From: a virus
Lineage: Duplodnaviria > Caudoviricetes
DNA length: 60,181 bases
Virus record (IMG/VR): IMGVR_UViG_3300025889_000126
Location: 1 to 60,181 of that record
Reading direction: 5' to 3' (one strand)
Position 1 is the first letter of the stretch. The number at the start of each line of letters is the position of its first letter. A program made the translations under genes and the position numbers. This document shows, piece after piece, positions 23,662 through 34,347 of this stretch. The notes under the pieces were generated by a model. It worked only from the letters and a program-made list of their open reading frames with translations. It had not been told where the DNA came from and made no database searches.

Positions 23662-26600
23662 TTACCTTCCGTATCTCTCCTGTCTCTGTCTTATTTTCTC
23701 CTGCACCTCCCTTCTCTTTCTGAGCATCTCTCGCTTAGCTTCTTCCCTTTTCTCCATCGCTCTCTCTCTTCTCTTCTCAGGAGTATTCTGCTCTCTAAAG
23801 TATTTAGTGCCTGGGCCATAATTCTTTCTCCACTCTTTTGGATATAGCTCTTTGAATTTCTTTTCGCTCAATCCTCTGAATGGCTTGTCCTTATTCTTCT
23901 CCTCTTCTTCCAATCTCTCACTCTCTCTGTACTTATATAACTTACCTCCAGGTGCAGAGTACTCGTCAAACTTATAAGGTTCTTTTTCTTCAAACTCTTT
24001 CAAAGTCTCATACCCACCATAAGCTTCTTCCTTCATAGCTTTCCTCTCGGCTTTATATTTCTTTACCTCTGACTTATCTCTACCTGTTTCTTGGTACTCT
24101 TTGAGTTGAGGTCCAGTCATCGCATCTTTCTTAGCACTCTTTACTATGGTGTTCATAACATTATTAGTCTCAGGACTAAAAGGATTTATACCAAGGGTAG
24201 TGGTAATACCCAAAGCTATGTACAATGGATTAGATAGCAATTCTCTATCTTTCTCCATTATAGTCTTCTTATTGTTATAGTTATCAGTAAATTCACCAGT
24301 AATACCTAGTCTTATATTCTCGTAAAGTTTTGTTGCTTTGTCAGCAGCAATACCAAGTATCCCTAAGTCACTTATAAATGATTCAAATACAGTTTTGCCT
24401 TGATCTGTAAATATATTATATCTATCTTCTTCCTCTGTGCCAATAAATTCTTGTACTTTATCCAATACAGCACTAAATCCAGATCTCGCAACTATATCTG
24501 CAAATGGTGCAGGGGATAAAACGTCAGTAGTAACTGATGTAGCAGCGCCCTTCACCATATTGTCCCATTTCTTTTTCTTCTCTTCCTCATCGTCCTCTTC
24601 CCCTCGTATAAACTGAGCTATACTATAAAATACATAGTATCCAATATAGAGTTTAAGCATTCTAAAAGTAGCCATCTCAGCAGCAAAACCACCGAGAGAT
24701 CTAGCAGCTATTCTCTTATCCTCATTTGATGCAGTCTTACTCGACAATACTGCTAAGTCATTTGAGAAACGAGTTGTTTGGTTCATCCTAAAAGTAGAAA
24801 GAGGCATAGCAATTTTTGTTATAAACTGTTTTAGCGGATTGTCCGACTGGTACATCTTTCCGGCTAAGTCTTTGTCAGATATATTCTGCTGCCTATCAAC
24901 CATATCCTGTGCATATTGTGCAGCTTCTTTATTCATCTCATGATTACTATAATCAATGCCTTGTTTCGGATATTCTTTTTGTTTTTTAAGATACTGTTCA
25001 TAATACCCAATCCAAGAAGCTCTAGCTATCATTACGTCAAAATTTGATAAGTATATCTTTAGATATTTCCTATTAAGATTTTCGATATATCTAGCTACCT
25101 TCTCAGTTTTTGCAGTTGCTACTGCCTCAAGTTTTTGATTCAATGTCTCAAGTTCAGTTGTTGCTTCAACACCTCTATTAGCTATCGCCATTCCTGAATT
25201 GTTTATAAAATCATTAATAACTTTATTGTGTAAGTTACTAAGTTTTAAATTTCCTCCTGCATTGATAAGTGTATTTACAGCAACTGGAACAGTTTGTGAT
25301 ATCGCTTGAGTAGGACCAGCTAATACAAGTGCTGTACCAAGACCAGCTATCCTATCAAGCTTTCTTGTTACATCTCTAAATACTTTTTCAGTTACAATCC
25401 TCTTATTTCTTATATTTCTTATAAGTGTTGCTATGCGATCCTTTATCAAGCTTGCATCCTTGCCACTAGGTATTATGTTCTCAAACTCAGCAGATTTTGT
25501 AAATGCCTGTATCTGTCTAATGTCTGCCGCAGTTTTAATGTCAATAAGAGCCTCCAATAAAGCATTTGCATTGTTGGTATCAAAGGATAAGTTAACGTAC
25601 ATATTTGCTTTACCACTCGAATCAAATAAAGTTGTTGGTGGTGTTGACTTCATTAAGGAGCCAGCTTCTTTTTTGTAGAAGTTCTCAGTATTGCTATTAG
25701 AAAAGAATAACGACTCGGTTCCGTCAGTATCCTTCTTTACTTTGTCAGCTCTTTCCAAGAAACCAAATCTATCCGGTACATAGTTAACATTTTTGTCAAG
25801 TACCTTATTGTAAACGCTCAATGCAACGTCAGCAAATTGGTCGTATAGTTTTGCCCATTCGTCAACCCAAAACTGTACAGCATCCACATTGATAGGGTCA
25901 GCCTTTGCTTTTACTTCTGCAATATTATTTGCGTCTCTTGCTATTTTGTCATAGACCTCTTTTATAACTTTAGCTGCTTCTGTTTCTTTTTTAGTGCCGC
26001 CTTTATTTAATACCTCAATAGACTCCTCGATGAGTTTCTTTCTTCTATTAAATTCTGCTGCTACTTGCTTCTCATCACCAACAATTGTCTTTGCCAAGTC
26101 ACCTATAATACCTCTCTCTATGATATTGTACATATCTTGGAAAGATTTATTGTTTGGCTTCATCTTTGTGAATTGTAAGACATATTTATTTATAACTCTA
26201 TTCGTAGCATCTAAAGCCTCTGCCTTGTGGTTTATCAAAGAGTTTATGCCCATCTTCTCACGAACATACTGACCTGCTTTAAAACCTTTGAATAACCTTT
26301 CAAAGAATAACGGTACAGACGCAAACTGCTCAAAGAATAATCTACCAATTGCTGGGCTAAAATACATCTTTATTTCCTTTGACCTTACGCCCTTATTATC
26401 TACCTCTTTTACATTTTTAACACCATTATATGCCGCAAGCACATTACCCATTCCGGCAATTGACTTATTGACAATAAAGTTATTAAGTGCATCTGCTGCT
26501 CGTAGTGCTTCCTTTGCATCTAATAGACTTAGGTCCATAGCCATAAACTCCTCAACAATCTTCTTGTCTGACTCCTTGAACTCAACTGTCGTTGGATTGT

Positions 26601-29600
26601 CAGGGTCAGAGAATGGATCGATGCCTGTCTTAAACATATCATTGATGATTGTAGAGTAGGTGTTGAACATTTTGTCAATGAAGCCACGGATAATACCTTC
26701 CTTGTATTTGTCAACTTTTTCATCTTCAGATAGGTTTAACAGCTCCATCATTTGGTTGTATGTCAGATCAGACGCATCAACGCCCATAAGTTCTTGCAAC
26801 CTTTCTGCTGTATTTTTTCTAATGGTTTCTGCCTGAGCTTCCATCATTTTATTAACATACTCCATTGTCTTGCCTACGTCAACCATATCAGCAGGGATGA
26901 CATTCTCGCCAACTATCTTTGACCCTTGTACACCTTCTTTGACCTTTGATGCCATCTCAATATACTCATCAATATTCTCAACCATTGCCGGATCAATTTT
27001 AGCAAATTCAGCAGCGAATGGAGTGAGGTTGCCAAACTTTTTTGTATTTTTTGATAGCTTCTTTATATCTGACTGCAAGTCATTTGCTTTGTTTAGCTTA
27101 TCAGCATATTCAGCATCATTGAATACCTTCTCGGCATAGGTTAGTAATCTCTCAACCATGATAGGGTTGTCAAGATTGGTATTGTTTACTTTGTTAATTA
27201 GTACAGCAGCCTGACGTGTTGTTATCTTTCCTTTCTTAACCATGTCCTTGATAGCAGCAGCAAGTATCTTACGCTTGGTATTCAAGTCTGCTTTAGCTTC
27301 TCTTGCCGCTCTAGCCTCAAGTCTTATTTGGTCTTTGAGCGCAGTCATCTCATTGACTGTTACTTTCTTAGGCTTAGGCTTGCCTACAATCTTCTCCTTT
27401 GATATTGGTTTCTTCTCTGCCTTAGGTTTAATCTTTAGTAAAGCGTCTGCTTGGCTCTCAGTAAGACCTTGTTTCATTAAGTATATCTTAATGCCAGCAT
27501 CTGAGATTTTATCTCTCGGATCAATAGGATTTCTTGCCATTTCTATGGCACCTGAGTACATACGATTAAGAACTTTAGCTTCGTATCTTTCTTTGTTTAT
27601 GGCTTTATACTTTTCTTTTATCTCTGCGTATCCTTTTGCTAGAGCATCTCTTAATACTTTTGCTTGGTCTGCCAGTCCTTTACCTGCATCAATAGCTTTT
27701 GCTACCGTGTCCATTGCTGCGTTCCATATTGCAATAGGTACACCAAGGATATTACTCTGCAATCCACTAGGACCTTTTATCTTTAAGCTTCTGACAGCAT
27801 CTGATAGCTTTTTGGTTGGAGCTATTTGCTCTTGTGTAGCTCCTTCTGTTGTTTCTGTAACCACCTCAGTTACCGGAGCATTTATCTCATTTAAACTTAT
27901 TCCTGAGAAGTCAGCTTGAGGATTAGCCTTGAAAGTATTCTTATCTACAGATACCTCAACAACTTGAGTTAGCTTTTCTAGTAGTGCCTTCTGTATGTCT
28001 GCCTCATTGACATTGTCTGACTTATTTACAGTAACACTTACTTGAACACTTGCCCCTCTGTTAACAGCATCTGTCAATCTTTTAAACTCATTGTCAAAAG
28101 CAACTTCATTAGTGTTTGCATAGTAAGTTACTTTATCACCTTGGTCAACTGAGTAGTATCTACCTATTAGTCTTGTCTTATCAGTCGGATTAGTAAGCTC
28201 GCTTACTTCTTGTTTGCTCCTATTATCTTGAGCCTCATTGCCACCTTCCTCAACATTATAGTTTTGAGATTTCCAAACTCTAAACCCTCCTCTACCTATT
28301 CCACCTATCCCTGATATAACAAAGTTTAATACCTTAGCAGCTTTTGACTTTGCTTTTGGAGTGGTCTCAGTTACAGGAGCAATCTCAGTAACAGGAGCCA
28401 CCTCAGTAGGAGGAGCTTGTTCAGTTGGAGTCTCAGTTACCGGAGCTGTCTCAGTCACAGGAGCTGCCTCAACCTTTGGTGCCCCCATCTTAGCTAACAT
28501 CATTTGCTCTAGCTTGTCAGCCTCTTGCTCAGGTGTTAGTGCTTCAGTTACAGGTTCAGTTACAGTCTCAGTTACAGGTTGCTGTGATGATAGTTCTTTC
28601 TGATTAAGAGCGTCAAGTTCAGCCTTCACGTCAGCCTTTGGCATGACCGTTTCACCAACAGTTATGTTCTTGCGTCTCTTGTCAGCCTTAGCCAATGCGT
28701 CAGTCAGCTCCTGCTGTCTTGCTCTGTCCTGCTCAGTAAATGTCTCTACCGGCTCTACAGGTGCAGCTTCAGCGACAGGAGTTACCTCAGTCTCAGCTGC
28801 TACTTGTGAAATAATGCGCTGAACTTTTTCAATAATATCATTCTGATTAGGTGTACGTTGATCCTCAGGAGTAGCCATCGCATCGTCATATAATTTCGCT
28901 GCAATCTGCTCATTGTCGTTAACTACCACGTCATTGCCATTAGAATCGGTAATAATTACTCCTCCCTTGATATTAAGAGGAGCTGATGTGATGATATCTG
29001 TAGTAGTTTTTTGCGCAGTCTCTTGCCCTTCCTTGGCTGCTATCTCAATCTGAGCGCCTAAACCTTCAGGTGTAGCTTGCTCTTTTTGAAGTAATGCGTC
29101 AAGCTCAGCCTGAGCGCCTGCTTTATCCTCATAAGCATCATTAACTTTAATAAGAGGTGTTGGTTCACCCTCTGTAAAGCTTTCTAATTCTGAGGGGTTC
29201 TCGAATGCTGCTAAGAGTTCTTCTTTCCTTTGGCTTTCTTCGGGGCTGAGGACACCTTGTTGGGGAGCTGCTTCAGATCCTGCTTCGGGTTCTCCTTCGA
29301 CCATCTCTTGGCCAACTCTGGCTTCTGGCTGTACAGATACTTCACCTGTTGTTTGCTTTTGAATGGCATCTAATTTCTCGTTTAATGTCTGAGATACTTG
29401 ATTGTCATTCTTAACGCCAATGTTTAATTTTGCAAGTCTCTCAGGAGTGAATGAATCGATTTTGTCTAAAAACTGTTGTTTGGTATATCTTTTACCATTT
29501 ATCATGTACTCTCCTACCTCCTTAGTTTCAATACCTGAAATCTTAGTCAGGTCAACCTGGTTCTCTGTTGGTAAAATAGCTTTACTTTTACCCATAGCAG

Positions 29601-32600
29601 ATAACTCCTCATTGATAGCTTTAACATCATCACTATATACCTCTTGTTTCTCCTTTGATGATGTAAGCTCTTTTTTGGCTGCTAATAATTCCATAGTTCT
29701 AGCAGTAACATTACTATTTGCTGAGCCACCTCCTACTGACATTAAACCTTTAGCCTCTCTTCTAAGACCTACATTCTCTTGTATCTTCTGATTTACATCC
29801 TCGTCAATCTTTCCAAGGCGTTGCATATTATTTGCCCAATTTGAAATTCGCTCGTCAGATACTCTCTCTGATGCTATATTTTTATAGTCAGTTAAATTAT
29901 ATGCAAGATTAATGTCAGTGTTTTTCTTTATTGCAGAGTATGCATTTATTACATGGTTTGGAGTATTTGAACCCATACCGCCAAGCCCCTCAAGTGCTAC
30001 CTCATTAAAGTCAATTTCTTTTCTACCTGTGCCAAATAATATCTCATTGCCTTGCGCTACAAGCTCACCTGCCATCTCAGCACTTGGATCTATTATTCCA
30101 TGCTCAATAGTCCCACGAGCGATTTTAGATGTAGCAGATGCTAATTTACTTGCAGGCTTTATTATTTTACCTGCAAGTCCTGCTGTTATATAGTCAATCG
30201 TAGCAATTGGTATACCTCTAGCAGCGCCAACAGCAGCAGCTTCATTCCATACATTTTGATCCATCAATGCCTTCTCTAATGACTTAGGGTCAGTAGCTTT
30301 GTAACCTTTATTTTTTACAGCCTCCATTAGAGCATTTGTATATTCTGTTATATATCCGGTTATGGCCTGCCCTGATCTGAACCCCATCCCTGCACCTGTA
30401 GCTGCTCCACCAAGAACAGTAGCTGGTGCTAAAGGACCACCTACGAGCCCTGCTGCCGCTCCTGTCCCTGCTCCTGCTGCGGTTGTAACAGGAATTATCT
30501 TAGCTCCATAAGGGAGCATTTGTGATACTGATTGAGCAACAGCTACAGCCATAGCTTCAAATGGATCATCTAATACAACATCCCACCAATCTCTATATGT
30601 CTTTGCTTCAGACATTCTAGTCATAACCCTACTTTGGGTGCCACTCATGCTAGCTAATTTCTCAGAGATGTATTTTGCTGCATTCCTAGGGTCACTATAT
30701 CCTGAATATGATGTATATCCAGGAAGAGTCATTGCCAATAATTGGTCTCCAATCATACCATTTGTAAGACCATCATTCAAAGAATTCCATGTTGCTATAA
30801 TATTATCAGTAAGCTCGCTATTTATCTCTTTGTTTGTTTTAGCATCAAAATATGTTTTTGCCTCGTCAAATTTCATAACAGCAGTTTGAGCTAACTGATT
30901 TGCATCTACATATTTTTGAACTAGATTTTTATAAGCCTCTTTATCTGTTATCTTGCTTTCAGGGATTTTCATTAACTCCTCAATAGGCATATTAAATCTG
31001 CTTATTGCCTCAGCCTTTACAATATCAAGGTCTGACTTTGCTTCTCTAAATATTTTAGTTGCTTCAGCAGCTGTTTTATTCTCTATCTTAGCCAAGTGAG
31101 CATCAAAATCCATTCTTGTTTTCTCGTATGTTTTATCTTGAGTTGAGAATGTCATATCTTTTACTAGTGGCCTAAGTTGCTCACGTTCTTTTTTAAGTTC
31201 TGCTAATGTATTTTCTACATCAAGTCTTTTTTTGCCATTTATAAATACAGTTGGATTGCTATAAACTTTTTCTTTTTCAGCTGCTGATAATTTTCCGCCT
31301 TCAAAAAAGTTTATAATGTCATCTATTTCGTTGTATCTATTTATTCTTCTTTTGTCTGTTACATAATCTAATCCTTTTTGCTTATAAAAAAGGTCTCCTT
31401 CTAGATCTACTTTTGACATATCCTTCCAAGATCCTGCTGCAAAATCCTCAGCTTCTTTGTCAGTTTTAAATGTAAAAATCTCGCCTCTTTTTTGGGCTTC
31501 TTTCAATGCTTCTTCAAATGGCAATTCAACCCAATCATCTTTGAATGGAGTTACGAATAATGGATTTTTTGGGAATAAAGTTGGAATTACTTTATTGTCG
31601 AAAGATAAAAATTTAACAGTTGACATGGTTCCATCGTCATTTATCCTGGCACCATTCCTCATGTTTTTAGCTCGTAATGCTTTATTTAGGAAATCTTCTT
31701 CCTCAGACATCCTATTATTTTGACTGATAAAGTCTCTTAGCTTTTTAGCTTCTTGTACTTTGTCTGCATCTGAGTCTACTGACAAGTCTATATCTATAGA
31801 TGCCTGTCCATTCTCAGATCTTGCTATAAGTTTATTTCCAAAAATTCCAGCCTTCTCAATAACTATACCATATGGTTGGAACTCTTTCTTTAGATCATCT
31901 ATGTTGTTATAATCGTCAAATATTCTATTGTCAATAGAATTTAGCTTATTTATAAATTCAGGAGTTTTACTTCTAAATAATGCATCTGAGAGTTCTTTAT
32001 TCCTTTTCTCTTGCTCTTGTAGTTCAAAAGCTTTTGTTTCTTTTAATATTTGCAATCGTTCTTCAGTATCTCTCGCTTTGCTTTCTTCTATTATAGCTAC
32101 TGCTTCTTTACTTTCTTTAGTAGTCTTTGATGGAGTAGTTATATTTATGCCATAGTTTTTTGCTTCTGCAAGTTGCGTTGGTTCTGTGGCTCCCCAAGAA
32201 TATCCTTCAGCAATTCTTGCATCTTGTGGGGCAACAGGTTTAGTTTTAACTTGTTCTTCCTTTGGCTGTAGGCTAAGTAAATACTTTTGTGCTTCGTCAA
32301 AAGTACTAGTCCCTGTAGGCTCCGATTCCGATATACCAAGCCCCGATAACCAAGAAGATTCCATATCTTCTTTTTTTTTAACAGGCTGCTGCTCTTGAGC
32401 CATTGGCTGTTGAGTGGGCTGTTTAGTAGGGGTAGTAGGAGCGGATACCAATGACTTAAAATCTTCAAAAGCTCCTAATGTACTTTCTCCGAATGCATTG
32501 TAGAAATCCTTTTGATAAGAAGGGTCTGACTTTATAAGATCTTTAAAATCTTCAAAAGCTCCAAATTTACCTTCTCCTCCTAGTTGATTATATAAATCGA

Positions 32601-32619
32601 TTATATATTGTTCGTCCAT
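23662..32619 (-). CDS. giant internal virion (ejection) protein, 2985 aa
   Basis: Last gene of the structural arm; Gly/Ala hydrophobic segment, PVTE-repeat linker, helical body. Confidence 0.7.
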   Translation of the reverse strand: MDEQYIIDLYNQLGGEGKFGAFEDFKDLIKSDPSYQKDFYNAFGESTLGAFEDFKSLVSAPTTPTKQPTQQPMAQEQQPVKKKEDMESSWLSGLGISESEPTGTSTFDEAQKYLLSLQPKEEQVKTKPVAPQDARIAEGYSWGATEPTQLAEAKNYGINITTPSKTTKESKEAVAIIEESKARDTEERLQILKETKAFELQEQEKRNKELSDALFRSKTPEFINKLNSIDNRIFDDYNNIDDLKKEFQPYGIVIEKAGIFGNKLIARSENGQASIDIDLSVDSDADKVQEAKKLRDFISQNNRMSEEEDFLNKALRAKNMRNGARINDDGTMSTVKFLSFDNKVIPTLFPKNPLFVTPFKDDWVELPFEEALKEAQKRGEIFTFKTDKEAEDFAAGSWKDMSKVDLEGDLFYKQKGLDYVTDKRRINRYNEIDDIINFFEGGKLSAAEKEKVYSNPTVFINGKKRLDVENTLAELKKEREQLRPLVKDMTFSTQDKTYEKTRMDFDAHLAKIENKTAAEATKIFREAKSDLDIVKAEAISRFNMPIEELMKIPESKITDKEAYKNLVQKYVDANQLAQTAVMKFDEAKTYFDAKTNKEINSELTDNIIATWNSLNDGLTNGMIGDQLLAMTLPGYTSYSGYSDPRNAAKYISEKLASMSGTQSRVMTRMSEAKTYRDWWDVVLDDPFEAMAVAVAQSVSQMLPYGAKIIPVTTAAGAGTGAAAGLVGGPLAPATVLGGAATGAGMGFRSGQAITGYITEYTNALMEAVKNKGYKATDPKSLEKALMDQNVWNEAAAVGAARGIPIATIDYITAGLAGKIIKPASKLASATSKIARGTIEHGIIDPSAEMAGELVAQGNEILFGTGRKEIDFNEVALEGLGGMGSNTPNHVINAYSAIKKNTDINLAYNLTDYKNIASERVSDERISNWANNMQRLGKIDEDVNQKIQENVGLRREAKGLMSVGGGSANSNVTARTMELLAAKKELTSSKEKQEVYSDDVKAINEELSAMGKSKAILPTENQVDLTKISGIETKEVGEYMINGKRYTKQQFLDKIDSFTPERLAKLNIGVKNDNQVSQTLNEKLDAIQKQTTGEVSVQPEARVGQEMVEGEPEAGSEAAPQQGVLSPEESQRKEELLAAFENPSELESFTEGEPTPLIKVNDAYEDKAGAQAELDALLQKEQATPEGLGAQIEIAAKEGQETAQKTTTDIITSAPLNIKGGVIITDSNGNDVVVNDNEQIAAKLYDDAMATPEDQRTPNQNDIIEKVQRIISQVAAETEVTPVAEAAPVEPVETFTEQDRARQQELTDALAKADKRRKNITVGETVMPKADVKAELDALNQKELSSQQPVTETVTEPVTEALTPEQEADKLEQMMLAKMGAPKVEAAPVTETAPVTETPTEQAPPTEVAPVTEIAPVTETTPKAKSKAAKVLNFVISGIGGIGRGGFRVWKSQNYNVEEGGNEAQDNRSKQEVSELTNPTDKTRLIGRYYSVDQGDKVTYYANTNEVAFDNEFKRLTDAVNRGASVQVSVTVNKSDNVNEADIQKALLEKLTQVVEVSVDKNTFKANPQADFSGISLNEINAPVTEVVTETTEGATQEQIAPTKKLSDAVRSLKIKGPSGLQSNILGVPIAIWNAAMDTVAKAIDAGKGLADQAKVLRDALAKGYAEIKEKYKAINKERYEAKVLNRMYSGAIEMARNPIDPRDKISDAGIKIYLMKQGLTESQADALLKIKPKAEKKPISKEKIVGKPKPKKVTVNEMTALKDQIRLEARAAREAKADLNTKRKILAAAIKDMVKKGKITTRQAAVLINKVNNTNLDNPIMVERLLTYAEKVFNDAEYADKLNKANDLQSDIKKLSKNTKKFGNLTPFAAEFAKIDPAMVENIDEYIEMASKVKEGVQGSKIVGENVIPADMVDVGKTMEYVNKMMEAQAETIRKNTAERLQELMGVDASDLTYNQMMELLNLSEDEKVDKYKEGIIRGFIDKMFNTYSTIINDMFKTGIDPFSDPDNPTTVEFKESDKKIVEEFMAMDLSLLDAKEALRAADALNNFIVNKSIAGMGNVLAAYNGVKNVKEVDNKGVRSKEIKMYFSPAIGRLFFEQFASVPLFFERLFKGFKAGQYVREKMGINSLINHKAEALDATNRVINKYVLQFTKMKPNNKSFQDMYNIIERGIIGDLAKTIVGDEKQVAAEFNRRKKLIEESIEVLNKGGTKKETEAAKVIKEVYDKIARDANNIAEVKAKADPINVDAVQFWVDEWAKLYDQFADVALSVYNKVLDKNVNYVPDRFGFLERADKVKKDTDGTESLFFSNSNTENFYKKEAGSLMKSTPPTTLFDSSGKANMYVNLSFDTNNANALLEALIDIKTAADIRQIQAFTKSAEFENIIPSGKDASLIKDRIATLIRNIRNKRIVTEKVFRDVTRKLDRIAGLGTALVLAGPTQAISQTVPVAVNTLINAGGNLKLSNLHNKVINDFINNSGMAIANRGVEATTELETLNQKLEAVATAKTEKVARYIENLNRKYLKIYLSNFDVMIARASWIGYYEQYLKKQKEYPKQGIDYSNHEMNKEAAQYAQDMVDRQQNISDKDLAGKMYQSDNPLKQFITKIAMPLSTFRMNQTTRFSNDLAVLSSKTASNEDKRIAARSLGGFAAEMATFRMLKLYIGYYVFYSIAQFIRGEEDDEEEKKKKWDNMVKGAATSVTTDVLSPAPFADIVARSGFSAVLDKVQEFIGTEEEDRYNIFTDQGKTVFESFISDLGILGIAADKATKLYENIRLGITGEFTDNYNNKKTIMEKDRELLSNPLYIALGITTTLGINPFSPETNNVMNTIVKSAKKDAMTGPQLKEYQETGRDKSEVKKYKAERKAMKEEAYGGYETLKEFEEKEPYKFDEYSAPGGKLYKYRESERLEEEEKNKDKPFRGLSEKKFKELYPKEWRKNYGPGTKYFREQNTPEKRRERAMEKREEAKREMLRKRREVQEKIRQRQERYGR

Positions 32620-32634
32620 GTTATTATTTGTTTA

Positions 32635-34344
32635 TTATCCTCCTTGTTGTGGTTTTCTTTTTGTTGCATTAAGTCCTCCGCCTGCGCCTCCGCCTTGCCC
32701 TTGATTAAGTGCGTTTAATTCTTTTGTTAATGCACTTATTTCATTAGCTAATTCAATTCCTAAAAATGACATTCTATCAAAAGTACTCATATCATTAAAT
32801 TGTTTTTGTTTTTCCTCTAATGCAGCATTAATTTCAGCAATTCTTCCACTATTTAATGTTTCTGGTGAATAATTAGGATTATACTTACCTCCCATTAATG
32901 TGCCTTCAAAATCTTTCAAATATTTAGTTAATATATCATTTCCATATATCCATCCACCAAAAGTTCTACCGAAATTCAAAACATCAACAGGGTTCCCATT
33001 GTCATCAGTTAAAGGAATTGGATTTGAAACTTTATCGTTTTTATATATTGTGGCAGTTACTTTTTTACCAGATTGATTTATGACGATATCTTGCACTCCA
33101 CTTTGTGATATTAGTGCATTTCTAAGAGCTTCCTTGTCTGCACCCCCAGATTCCCAGAAATTGCGTATTATATTTCCAAATGATATTGCTGATTGTCTAT
33201 TAAGACCTGCTTCAATTTCTGCCCCAGATGGACGTGATATAGGCTGATCTTGGGCTACGTCCGTATAAGTCTTGATTCCTATTTTCTTATCTAGCTTTGC
33301 TCTTAATTGGCTTCTTAGAAAATTCTCAGCCTCTGTTTTTTGTTCTGGGCTAGGGACAGGATTATACACTCCATTCCCATCTTTAGTGAATAATAGTTTA
33401 CTTTGGTCTTTTTTTGCTTCCTCAGCGCTTTCAGTTATCTTCTTACCAATATCATTTGTTAATACAGAGGATAAGTTGTATTTATTTTCTAACCTAGAAT
33501 CTATAAATGCTTTCTCCGCTACTTTAAATGATTCGCTTGTTGCTACTAATCTGTCAACTTCTTCTTTAGATAACCCAAGCTCTTTTGCTCTTGCAATTAT
33601 TTCATCTTTTGTTATGTCAAATATTTCGGTAATTGAGCCAGCTTTCATCCTAGTTCCTAATTCTCTATATGAATTTAAGGATTCACCTAACCCCTCTACC
33701 CATTTTGTTAAATCTGGGTCATATTTATACCTGTCATACTTTGCATTAACAGCACCTTTTAGTTGGTTAACTGACATGATATTCTGAGAACCTGGTAATA
33801 CTTTTCTAATTCCGTCTTTATCAGGTTCTCCTTTTAGCCCAAATGTCAATGAACCATTTGCATTGTAAAATGCTTGAAGGTTATTTAGCTTTCCATATTT
33901 CTCAAGTTCTTCGCCTGCATAAAGCTCAATATCTTGACTATCCTCTGCTTTCATCCTATCCTGCCTCTCCTTAAAAGATTGTTGTATTGTCCCTACGGTT
34001 TCATAGAACCCTTTGACATTGTCATTTTGATTTTGGACATAAGCAGCAAAGTCTTTTACTTGAAGCTTGCCTGACTTTAGCAGGTTATATTGTATCTTTA
34101 AATTCTCAGCAGAGTTATAGGCGAGGTCCATTGTTAATCCTGTAACTTCCTCATTCTCGCCTGTTGGCTGGTCATTTATGAACTCAAGGCCATCTTTATA
34201 AGCTTTGTCAATAGCAGCTTTTTTCTCGGTGCGTACACGGTCAATCTCATCGACAGTATTTGTTATTGTCCTGCCGACATCAGCCCAGTTTACATAACTG
34301 TCAGCTTCCCTTTCAACGTAACCAAAATATGACTTAGGTGGCAT
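32635..34344 (-). CDS. internal virion protein
   Basis: 569 aa, helical, positioned among ejection-type proteins. Confidence 0.6.
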   Translation of the reverse strand: MPPKSYFGYVEREADSYVNWADVGRTITNTVDEIDRVRTEKKAAIDKAYKDGLEFINDQPTGENEEVTGLTMDLAYNSAENLKIQYNLLKSGKLQVKDFAAYVQNQNDNVKGFYETVGTIQQSFKERQDRMKAEDSQDIELYAGEELEKYGKLNNLQAFYNANGSLTFGLKGEPDKDGIRKVLPGSQNIMSVNQLKGAVNAKYDRYKYDPDLTKWVEGLGESLNSYRELGTRMKAGSITEIFDITKDEIIARAKELGLSKEEVDRLVATSESFKVAEKAFIDSRLENKYNLSSVLTNDIGKKITESAEEAKKDQSKLLFTKDGNGVYNPVPSPEQKTEAENFLRSQLRAKLDKKIGIKTYTDVAQDQPISRPSGAEIEAGLNRQSAISFGNIIRNFWESGGADKEALRNALISQSGVQDIVINQSGKKVTATIYKNDKVSNPIPLTDDNGNPVDVLNFGRTFGGWIYGNDILTKYLKDFEGTLMGGKYNPNYSPETLNSGRIAEINAALEEKQKQFNDMSTFDRMSFLGIELANEISALTKELNALNQGQGGGAGGGLNATKRKPQQGG

Positions 34345-34347
34345 ATG

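Noticed and set aside
23662-32619. Virion RNA polymerase as in crAss-like or N4-like phages
   Set aside because: No recognisable DxDxD or T7-type catalytic motif was seen; host-type promoters in front of late genes suggest host RNAP is used
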